From Macrostomum lignano (taxonomy: Eukaryota): 52,899 nt of DNA. The notes beneath the pieces are model-generated. The model made no database searches, was not told the origin of the DNA, and saw only the letters and a program-made list of their open reading frames with translations. Position numbers and translations under genes: made by a program. Where the stretch lies: contig NIVC01004258.1 of the NCBI GenBank assembly GCA_002269645.1, forward strand, positions 1 through 52,899, written 5' to 3'. Shown piece by piece: positions 43,060 through 52,899 of this stretch. Every line of letters starts with the position of its first letter. The first letter of the stretch is position 1.

Positions 43060-43904
43060 AGCATTGAAATTTCAGTAATTCTCTCTAAGAGTCATAATAG
43101 CACTACTACAGGATTATAGCGATTACCTACAAGCCTCGACATCGTAGGGATTCCCAAATGAATCTCTTAACTTCGACATGAAGCTTCTTTTATTTTTTAC
43201 ATTATGCTTTTTTATTATCAGCGATCCCTCCCCTGGGGAGGCATCAAATAATGTAATAAAAAGTTACAATAAGTTTTCAATAAACTACATGTAGCTTCTG
43301 ACTTTAGCCTTGAAATCTCATTTATACCCCCGTGAGCCTTGACATCTCAGCTATTCCCCCGTAAGCCTTGACATGTCAGCGATGGCCCCCATAAACCTTG
43401 AAAACTAAAAAATCCCCTGTTAACCTTGAAACCCGATAAAATATAACCCTCAACCCAAACCTGACCTAACCTAACTTTAACCCAACCTAAAGCCTTGAAA
43501 TCTCAGCAATTCTTCTCCCTAAGCCTTGACATTTTAGTGATTCCTTCTTTAAGAATCACAGCACTATAACGATTTCCACCAAGCTTTGACATCGTAGCAA
43601 TTCCCAAATGAATCTTTTAACTTCGACATGACTTTTCTTTTATGTATACATAGTGCTACTTTTATTTTTTACATGACTCTTCTTCTATCAGCGCCCCCCC
43701 CCGTGGCGAGCCAACAAAGAATGCAATAAAAAATTGAGTAAAGTACATGAACTTTGAAGTAGCTTCTGACTTTTGCTTTGACATCTCAGAAACCCCCCCC
43801 CCCCGTAATCTCAGTTATTCTCTGAGAGCCTTTACGTCTCATATTCTCTGAGAGACTTTACGTCTCAGTTTTTCTCCCCAGCACAGCATTATAGCTGCAT
43901 TTAA

Positions 43905-45970
43905 CTTTTACATGACACCCTTCATGTCTGACATGATGCTTCTTTTATTCTACCATGATGCTTCTTAATTTTTTAAATGACACTTTCATTAGTTTATAAA
44001 TGAGGCTTCTATGATTTTTAAATGACGCTTCTATGATTTTTTAAATGACACTTCTATGATTGTTTACATGACGCTTCTATGATTGTTTACATGACGCTTC
44101 TATGATTTTTTAAATTACGCTTCTATGATTGTTTACATGACGCTTCTATGATTTTTTAAATGACGCTTCTATGATTGTTTACATGACGCTTCTATGATCT
44201 TTTAAATGACGCTTCTATGATTGTTTACATGACGCTTCTATGATTGTTTACATGACGCTTCTATGATTGTTTACATGACACTTTTATGATTGTTCACATG
44301 ACGCTTCTATGATTTTTTACATGACGCTTCTATGATTTTTTAAATGACACTTCTATGATTTTTATATGACGCTTCTACGATTTTTTACATGACGCTTCTA
44401 TGATTTTTTAAATGATGCTTCTATGATTTTTATATGACGCTTCTACGATTTTTTACATGACGCTTCTATGATTGTTTACATGACGCTTCTATGATTGTTT
44501 ACATGACGCTTCTATGATTTTTTACATGACGCTTCTATGATTGTTTACATGACGCTTCTATGATTTTTATATGACGCTTCTATGATTGTTTACATGACGC
44601 TTCTATGATTTTTTAAATTACGCTTCTATGATTTTTAAATGACGTTTCTATGATTTTTTACATGACGCTTCTATGATTGTTTACATGACGCTTCTATGAT
44701 TTTTTAAATGACGCTTCTATGATTGTTTACATGACGCTTCTATGATTTTTTACATGACGCTTCTATGATTGTTTACATGATGCTTCTATGATTGTTTACA
44801 TGATGCTTCTATGATTGTTTACATGACGCTTCTATGATTTTTTACATGACGCTTCTATGATTTTTATATGACGCTTCTACGATTTTTTACATGACGCTTC
44901 TATGATTGTTTACATGACGCTTCTATGATTGTTTACATGACGCTTCTATGATTTTTATATGACGCTTCTATGATTGTTTACATGACGCTTCTATGATTTT
45001 TTAAATTACGCTTCTATGATTTTTAAATGACGCTTCTATGATTGTTTACATGACGCTTCTATGATTTTTTAAATTACGCTTCTATGATTGTTTACATGAC
45101 GCTTCTATGATTTTTTAAATGACGCTTCTATGATTGTTTACATGACGCTTCTATGATCTTTTAAATGACGCTTCTATGATTGTTTACATGACGCTTCTAT
45201 GATTGTTTACATGACGCTTCTATGATTGTTTACATGACACTTTTATGATTGTTCACATGACGCTTCTATAATTTTTTACATGACGCTTCTATGATTTTTT
45301 AAATGACGCTTCTATGATTTTTATATGACGCTTCTACGATTTTTTACATGATGCTTCTATGATTTTTTAAATGATGCTTCTATGATTTTTATATGACGCT
45401 TCTACGATTTTTTACATGACGCTTCTATGATTGTTTACATGACGCTTCTATGATTGTTTACATGACGCTTCTATGATTTTTTACATGATGCTTCTATGAT
45501 TGTTTACATGACGCTTCTATGATTTTTATATGACGCTTCTATGATTGTTTACATGACGCTTCTATGATTTTTTAAATTACGCTTCTATGATTTTTAAATG
45601 ACGCTTCTATGATTTTTAAATGACGCTTCTATGATTGTTTACATGACGCTTCTATGATTTTTAAATGACGCTTGTATGATTTTAACATGACGCTTCTATG
45701 ATTGTTTTCATGACGCTTCTATGATTGTTTACATGACGCTTCTATGATTGTTTACATGACGCTTCTATGATTGTTTACATGACGCTTTTATGATTGTTCA
45801 CATGACGCTTCTATAATTTTTTACATGACGCTTCTATGAGTTTTTAAATGACGCTTCTATGATTTTTATATGACGCTTTTACGATTTTTTACATGACGCT
45901 TCTATGATTGTTTACATGACGCTTCTATGATTTTTTACATGACGCTTTTATGATTTTTACATGACGCTTC
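43905..45970. repeat. 23-nt minisatellite inside Helitron copy A
   Basis: Unit atgacgcttctatgattgtttac, about 90 copies; internal variants recur at a 959-nt offset. Confidence 0.95.
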
Positions 45971-46596
45971 TTTTTAAAAAGTCTTTTAGTTTTCCTGACG
46001 TTGAAAAGCTTTAATTAAAAAAATTATACTCTATGAAAATTCAAACCATCGTTGCTGCATTTAGCAGTTCAGTCTGTTCACCTCTAGGCTAGCTCTCATC
46101 GTTTTGATAACATGAAATTTTGCACTTATATAATTCAACACTTTAAAATCCAAGCATCGAGCAAATCACACGAAGCAGTTATGACATAATCAGTTTCTCA
46201 GTCAGTCAGTATCAGTTAACAATATGGTTACGCAATTTAAATCAAGTCTGGTGCTACGCTTCCACACTGCATTTTCAATTCAAGTCGGAGTTACAATTCA
46301 GTTATGATGCAATCTATTTCAGAATCAGAATCAACCAGTCAATTTTTTCTCTAGCATTCTTACAATGCATTTCAAGTCGAAAACTTGACCTTTGCAAAAA
46401 AGCATGTTTTTCGAATATTTAATGCCTTTAGCATCGAGCAATTTCTTAGCCACGATGCATGTACAGTCACGGGAAAATTTCTGATCGAACAGTGCAAGTT
46501 CGAACAAAATCGGTCCAGCCATTTTTTCTCTAATCGATTACAAGCAAGCAAGCAATACAGACAACTCATTTTTAGTATATAGGAAATAAAAAATTA

Positions 46597-47260
46597 TCTC
46601 TACCTATAAAAATAAAAACTCTGTCTGTCTGTCTGTGTGTGGACAATTTTGATCGCTATGGACTCCTAAACCGCTCAACCAAATGACACCAAATTTTACA
46701 CCCACCCTAAACTCACTACGGAGAATGTCTTAGGCTACTTTTTAATTTCCTAAATTTGAGTCTTCCCACCTAAAAGTGCAAAAAACTGCTCAAAATGCGC
46801 GATTTTTTTACTAAAGCCTCCTTAGCGCCACTCCACTTCTACCGATCCTCTTCAAATTTGACACAATCAATTTTCAACTATTTTGACACAATCGTGTAAA
46901 ATTTCGAGTCTCAAAGTTAATCCTGAACGGCGCTGTGCACTTTTAAAGTTTGGCTGTTTTTTTCAGTGAGACAGCCACCCCAACTTCCGCCCGCCTGCCT
47001 CTTTCCCAATCTGGGCAAAGGGTGTAAATAGGTTTTAAAATGACTAACTTTCGGCTGCCATAAGTTTGCTCCACGTGAAGCGATTGACTTCTAACTTAAC
47101 ACAATTCTTCTTTGATTCATTCTCTGTCTAAATGTAAAGTTTCAACTCTCTAACTCAATCAGAACAGAAACTGTAAGCATGTGAAGTTTGTCTGCTTTTT
47201 CTGTTGTTTGTGCCACTCACTCACTCATTTCCCCAGCCCAGACGAAGGGTCAGGCAATAG
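46597..47260 (+). mobile_element. Second Helitron-like family, 5' end (3' end unresolved)
   Basis: A|TCTCTACCTATAAAAATAAAAACTC(TGTC)n...AAACCGCTCAACCAAATGACACCAAATTT has the layout of animal non-autonomous Helitron 5' ends. No CTAG/hairpin was found, so the right boundary is a guess. Confidence 0.45.
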
Positions 47261-47727
47261 GGCTCAATGTACATAGCGAATGTACAGTATTTTGGAATAA
47301 CTTTTTAATTGCCGTCTCTGTACCCCCGCGAGTGGAGAGGCGTGGAGAGGAGAGAGTTTAGCGAGAGATTCAAACTACTTTCCTCTGTATAGACAAGTCG
47401 CAGCAGTTAAACAAGGATGGAAAATCAAGGCGATGTGGGATGGTTTATAAAAATAGCGAAAAATTAATGAATAACTGATTACAATGCAATCCTACTAAAT
47501 TAGTTACACCATGAAAATTTTAACATTAAGATTCGCATAAGGTAACTTTAAAATTTAAATGGCCTCCTAAGAAATGCGTATTTCCTTGGTTGTTAGACTG
47601 CTGCAGACTGTGGTGGTGGAGCTGGAGAATGGAGATACACAAATTCCTCTCAGGGCTGCTAATTGGCCAGAAAAATGACGTGATTAAAGCATAAGAAATG
47701 ATAACAACCATGATAGTACTTTCGAAG

Positions 47728-48562
47728 CAGGGATTGGCAGATTTTTATCTCAAAGGCCAGATAAAGAATCCAGCTCATGGCTGCGGGCCAGATGAGAGTG
47801 AAAAGGAAAAGTGGCGAGGAGAGAGCAGAGAAGAAGGGAGGAAGAAGCGAGAGGAGGGGAGAAAGGAAGGAGAGGAAAGAGTAAAGGTGAGAAGAGGGGA
47901 GAGATGAGACAGATGATCGATGAGAGAGGAGAGTAGAGAAGATTGAGAAGAGAATAGAGATGAGAGAGCAGAAAGAAGATGACAGAGGGTCAAGAGGAGA
48001 GAAGAGATTAGAGAGGAGAGAGTAGAAAGGATAGAGAAGAGAGGAGATAAGAGGGGGAGAGAGGAGTGAGAAGAGAAGAGATAGAGATAAGAGAGTGGTG
48101 AAAGAAGAGGGGAGAAAGGAGAGATGAGAGAGTAAAGGGAAGAGGAGGAGAGAGGAAAGAGATGAGATTGTAGAGATGAGACAGATCAAAGAAGAGATGA
48201 GAGAAAAAGGTGAAAGGAGAGTGCAGAGAGACGAGAGAAGATAATAGAGGAGAGAGAGTATAGAGAAGAGGGAAGAGAAAAGAAGAAAGGAGTAAGGAAA
48301 GAGAGGAGTCAGAAGAGGTGAAAGAGAAGAGTACAGAGGAGATAAGTGAGAGAACGTATAAGAGAGTAAAGATGACAGATGAGAGAGCAGATGAACAGAC
48401 GAGAGATGGGAGAGTAGAGAGAACAGAGGAGAGATAAGAGAGAAGAGATTACAGAGACTAGAGGAGAGAGGAGAGACAGGGAGAGAGAAGAGGAAATAGG
48501 AGAATGAAGAGGGGAGAGAGTAGAGAGAAGAGAGATGGGGGAGGAGAGAGAGAGAGATGGGG

Positions 48563-48622
<60 letters not shown>

Positions 48623-49327
48623 CAGAGCAGAGAGTAACGAGAAGAGATAAGAGAGAAAAGATAAAAGAAGAGAAAGGAGAGATAAAAGAGCGGACGAGAG
48701 AGAAGAGAGGTGAAGGAAGAGACAAGCGACAAGGGGAGAGAGAAGAGATAAAACAAGAAAAGAGATGAGAGGAAAGAGAGAGAGGAAAGATGTGAGGGAA
48801 GAGACGAGAGAAGAGGGGAGAGAGGAGAGAGAGAGGAAAGAATAGAGAGGAGAGATGAGAGAGTAGAGGAGAGAGTTAAGAGAAGAGAGAAAAGAATAGA
48901 GAGGACAAGGAAGAGATGAGAGAAGAGGGGAGAGAGGAGAGGGGAGAGGAGAGAGAAAAGAAGAGGGAAGAGATGAGATAAGAGATATGAAAGAGAAGAA
49001 AGATGAGAGGGAATATACGAAAGAAGATGGGAGAGGAGAGAGGAGAGGAGAGAGAAAACGAAAGAGTAGAGAGGAGAAAGGAGAGCAGAGAGAAAACGAA
49101 AAGTAGAAAGGAGAGAAGAGAGGAGAGAGAAAAGAATAGGGAAGAGATGAGATAAGAGAGATGAAAGAGAAGAGAGATGAGGGAAAATACGCGAGAAGAG
49201 AAGAGAGACGAGAGACGAGAGACGAGGGATGAGAGAGAAGAAAGGAAACAGAAGAGACGATAGAAATTTTAAAGGATCCAAGGGACATAGGGAAAGTCAG
49301 GGAGAGGCCAGAGTTTGCCAATACATG
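47728..49327. mobile_element. hAT-Charlie-like non-autonomous element with a GA-rich interior
   Basis: Left end CAGGGATTGGCAGATTTTTATCTCAAAGGCCAGATAA...GCGGGCCA; right end on minus CATGTATTGGCAAACTCTGGCC. Both resemble Charlie/MER58-type ends. TIR 11/14 identical; candidate TSD tttcgaag/ttttagag only 5/8. Confidence 0.55.
47795..49262. repeat. Polypurine (GA-rich) low-complexity tract including a pure (GA)n run near 48565-48617
   Basis: About 1.5 kb almost entirely of A/G on the plus strand. Confidence 0.95.
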
Positions 49328-49887
49328 TTTTAGAGTCAGAGACAGACATTGCCTGGCATTCTGTGGAGTACCCCAGCAAACAATATCAACGTTTGCCTCA
49401 AACCCTAATTTTACACGAATGTGCTCCATTTTATGTCTACAGCTCTATCCTACTAACATTAATTTGTTTGTGAATGGCCTTAGATTTCAGAATACATGCA
49501 AAAGTAGTTCCGGGGATTGGAATTCCCCGGGTTCAAAATCCGCGGGTTTCAACAGCTTGTATTCTATAAAAATTTCCATTGTATGGTAGGCCTAGTACCA
49601 TTTTTATAGTCTTGTTTTCTTAATTTATAATTTTTTAATGAAAATCCAACTTTTTAACCAAAATTTCCTGTTCTTAATATAATAGTAAGCCCTACCATTT
49701 TTATTGATAGAAATATCTAGTTGCCTATACAGCTATAGAAAAAGATTTATAGTTTTAATAATTTGTCTACCATAAAATAAAAAGAGAAAATTATGATCCT
49801 ATCAAAACTAACTAATTTTAGATATAGGACATAGGTCTAGACAATAGGGCTGATTGGCATAAATTAAATTTTGAGTAGGCCCTAGGC

Positions 49888-50292
49888 GGCAATCTTTTAC
49901 TTTACTGTGTTTAATTTTTTTAATGGTTCTTTTTAAATTTCAGAACATAAAGATGGTAGGAGGATAAAAGGTAAGTGTCTTTAACTCTCAGGTAAGTCAA
50001 TTAGTCAGTAATAATGAGCCAACCAGTACAGGAAGTTGCCAAACTCCTTTCTAGGAAAGAGCCGGCGCCAGAGATACTCGCTGAGATGGCTTTCAAACAG
50101 AGCTTCGGAAGTGCCATGCATCGCCCGGAACTTTGCCTTGACATGGGCCCACGACCCCTCAATGGTGTTTGTGTGGATCGATGGGTCGTTAGGGTGGGCA
50201 AAATGGAGTCGATGATTCACGACATCGTGGTTCTGCAAGCCACGATATTTTTCGGCGAAAAATAATTAAACGCAGTAAAGTAAAAGATTGCC
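49888..50292 (-). mobile_element. Merlin (IS1016/IS1595-related) deletion derivative, 405 bp
   Basis: 29-bp TIRs, 28/29 identical (ggcaatcttttactttactgtgtttaatt at 49888-49916; aattaaacgcagtaaagtaaaagattgcc at 50264-50292), enclosing a transposase C-terminal fragment. No TSD found. Confidence 0.82.
50005..50250 (-). pseudogene. Merlin/ISXO2-like transposase C-terminal fragment
   Basis: YRGLQNHDVVNHRLHFAHPNDPSIHTNTIEGSWAHVK...LFESHLSEYLWR matches the Y..L...H..VNH...F.....HTN.IE..W...K...YL.E..WR signature of this family. The N-terminal two thirds are missing. Confidence 0.85.
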
Positions 50293-51013
50293 TACTAACC
50301 TACAAGAATATTAGCTAGTCTGAGTGCCCTTTAAAAGCACTTCAGACATGGCACATGCCTAGGCCCTAACCTTAAAAATAATAAGCACCGACAATTTACC
50401 CCCTGAGTGCTGAGTTCAGTTCAGACCGTAGAATCAGAATTAAATTGCTAATTCAGCACACTTCAAAAAGCAATACTTTCATAGAACTTGTAAAAGTTTA
50501 ACAATGATATTCAGTTAAAACTTAGTAAAAAGCATTTTACTAGGTTTAGTAAATATAATTTTTACAGAATGCCAAATATAATTTAAAAGCTAACAATATG
50601 TATAAAAAAAATTAATAAAACAAAAAATAAGTTCGTTTAATAAAAAAATTCGGAAATGCATGTGCAGTAATTTTTAATATTAAGCAATTGATTTAGGACG
50701 GATAATCATCGATCAAACCATTAGATTATCAAAAACTATACAAGCCTTATGCATGTACGTTATTCTATTGTATTTTCTGAAGGCTTTTCTTTTAATCGCT
50801 TTCGGAATAAAGTTTTCTTCCAACGAAATTTGATTTATGTATGTATATTTATTTATTTTTACGAATCACGAAGAAATGGAACTCTATTCCATTCCGTGTA
50901 CAGAACAAAATAAGCAAAATAGTTTCATCCATTTCAAGTCCAAGAATTAATGCACTAGAGTTTCCCGCTAAAGAACTCGCGTCGAAAAACAACTCGATCG
51001 CTTGATCACCGCG

Positions 51014-51878
51014 TCATCGCTTTAGCGGCCGCTTGACAATCCGAGTCTGTCGCTTGGAGCGGCTCGAGGGCAAAGGAATGCCAGCAGCCAGCAACAGCTC
51101 GTCCGGTATAACCGGCAGGTTGGTCATGAAGTCGGATTTGCCATCGCCGAAGATGTTATAACGCTCATAGAGGTCCTGTCGGGTTTTCTCTGCCTCGCTC
51201 ATCGCCCGCACGTGCTTGAAAAACATGCTCCAGCCCTCGGTCTTCTTGGCGTGCCGCTCCCTGTGAATCTCCTCAATGACGTCGCGCATGAGGCCCCATC
51301 GCTGGAGCGCCCGTCGCCGCCGCGGGTCGCTAACGGATCCCGGGTCCGGTGGTGGTGCCAGTTCCGCCACCTCGGCCGCTTCGTTGAACACTTCATCCGC
51401 TTCAATGTCGGCGTCTTCTTCCTCAACCAGCGTGTCCGCGTCCAGCCGGCTGACCGACTCCGCCTGGTTGTTGGACCGCCGCTGCTCGCGCACCTGTTGC
51501 GCTGTCAGTCGACGCGACGCCGTGCGCTCTTTGGCCTCCGCCAGTGCTTGCCGGAAGTTGACGCTGACTCGGGAGCGAAACACGCTGGTCCGTCCGCGGC
51601 GGGCGCGGTGGCAGCCCTCGACTGCTCACCTCCGGGGGCCCAGGAGTTGCCCCGCTGCAGGTCCAGCAGCTCCGAGGCCTGGCTCGGGCTGGGCGAGTAG
51701 CCGTGCGGTGCGAAGCTCACGAGGGCGTTGGCGCCGCTGCGCTGCTGATGCGCTGGCCCCGCATGCTTGACGCGGATGAGGCGTGGACGCTCAGGTGCGG
51801 TACACGCAGGTTTCTGCTGCCACTGGAGGCGCCGTTAGCCTTGCCGAAGGTCCGCTGACCACTGCCGCTAGCGGCCAT
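51014..51878 (-). CDS. Hypothetical protein, probably 2 exons (about 242 aa)
   Basis: GC-rich open frame 51584-51014 with host-like codon bias. A proposed exon 1 (51878-51721, ATG GCC) has a GTGAGC donor that joins in phase to the acceptor GGACCAG. AATAAA on minus lies ~160 nt after the stop. No family recognised; exon 1 is less certain than exon 2. Confidence 0.6.
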
Positions 51879-52899
51879 GTGTTGGAGGGGGAGGCCGGCT
51901 CTCGCCTTTGGGCTTCGCTTTTTATGACTTTCTATGCAGAGCGGCTCACTTCTGTCTGGGGAAATTGCAGTGAGAGGATGGGCCGCGGCGACCAATTGAT
52001 GGGTGGGCGCTTCTTCTCTGCTCCGGGCCTCCTTGTTTTCCTTATTGTCTCCTAGTTCTGCCTAAGCGCCACCCCAGCTCCTGCTTTCAGGCCTCTCCGT
52101 CCCGGTCTGGCTGTCCGCAGGCCTTCCTGCCCACCGCGCGTCGTCTGTTTTTTAAAGCGGGCCGGCCTTCTTTCACCCCCAGTCGTCTTCTTCCAATTTT
52201 GTTTCTTGCTGAGCCAGCAAAACGCTTAGAAACACAGCAGCTGTGGCTGCCGGCTCCTCTCTGCCAACCCCCACCGGCTGCTGTCGGCTGGCCGCACGTT
52301 GCCATGGCAACTCGAAGTAGGGGGGGGGGGTAGGGAAGACTCCGAGAAGAGTTTTTGGCCAGCCCGCGGGTGCGGCGATTGTTGGCTGAGCTCTTGAATC
52401 AGCAGCCCGCGGGTGGGCATGGGCCTGAGTACCCGTGCGCTCCCTCCTCCCGGCTGCCAACCAGTTGATAGCAGCTACTTTGCGCCCTGCTGAGATGGGA
52501 GTGGGATAGGATGGGTCTCCCAGGCTTTGTCTGGCTTGGTGGGAGGTCCCATCATATCGCTCTGCAGGAACAAAAGCCCTCTGCAGGGATGCCAGTCATG
52601 CACGGTGGGTGGGGGGACTAAGACTCACTCACGCCTGTGCTGCGGAATGGCGCACAGCTCAGAAAGTCAGGCCGTGGTGACAGCTCAAGCTCAAGTCATG
52701 AGTTCAAGCCTGACTCTGTCTGTCTTTCAATTGGAAAGACTAGACCAAAAGTTTTTGTGTGTACTTGTGGGTTGGGGGGGGGGTAACCGTGAAAGACATC
52801 TGTCATCTTATTTCCCGGCTTTCATTCAGGCTGAAATCCCAATTTTATTCCCTTTTCTTCCTGACATCCCTTGGGAAGCAGGCTAAATGACGCTGGCAT

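Larger units (their letters stand above)
42775..46584 (-). mobile_element. Non-autonomous Helitron, copy A (about 3.8 kb)
   Basis: On minus: 5' TC (46584), 3' CTAG (42778-42775), and a GC hairpin (CCCC-aac-GGGG, 42787-42803) about 10 nt before the end, the canonical Helitron termini. It holds a 2-kb 23-nt minisatellite and CCCTAA tracts. No Rep/helicase ORF. The base before the 5' T is T rather than the canonical A. Confidence 0.78.

Noticed and set aside
42998-43490. True telomere or chromosome-fusion scar
   Set aside because: The tracts are short, degenerate and embedded in duplicated Helitron terminal modules.
40945-46582. Recurrent ~60-90-aa ORFs (e.g. KKHVFRIFN...) at 41.0-41.35, 42.5-42.74 and 46.3-46.6 kb as a gene family
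   Set aside because: They are the shared non-coding 5' segment of the Helitron copies, and the frames are not conserved between copies.
47659-49429. 540-aa and 323-aa Leu/Ser/Phe-rich 'membrane protein' ORFs
   Set aside because: They are translations of the polypyrimidine strand of the GA tract, where stop codons cannot easily form.
49944-49970. 27-nt microexon-like segment (tttcag|...|gtaagt) on the plus strand
   Set aside because: It lies inside the Merlin element with no plus-strand host gene evident. It may be chance or TE-internal and cannot be supported without RNA data.
52087-52886. Short ORFs at the right edge, including the 119-aa ORF at 52527-52886
   Set aside because: No recognisable domains, no host-like codon bias and no convincing splice partners; probably 5' flank or UTR of the orphan gene.

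Overview
Eukaryotic (metazoan) nuclear DNA. GC-rich exons are separated by GT-AG introns, most of which carry their own minisatellite or microsatellite. This architecture resembles a Macrostomum-type flatworm genome; the organism is inferred, not shown. Seven spliced genes were reconstructed by hand. Minus strand: LIG3 (ZnF-DBD-NTase-OB-BRCT, with indels piling up toward the window start) and TMEM19. Plus strand: XRN1 (12 exons, 1474 aa), BRAP and an MCCC2-like carboxyltransferase beta subunit. Minus strand again: a six-finger C2H2 zinc-finger gene and a probable two-exon orphan gene. TMEM19>LIG3 and XRN1>BRAP>MCCC2-like form two tight, divergent, co-oriented clusters. Their downstream genes begin at splice acceptors with no obvious upstream exon, making them candidate trans-spliced operons. 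Mobile DNA: a P-element derivative (21-bp TIR, 8-bp TSD), an LTR with a tRNA-Leu primer-binding site, two Merlin-type elements, a nest of non-autonomous Helitrons, a hAT-Charlie-like element filled with 1.5 kb of polypurine, and a possible foldback relic. Most long ORFs in the supplied track are artefacts of repeats or of antisense GC-rich exons. Boundaries were read manually; repeat edges are approximate and no database search was run.
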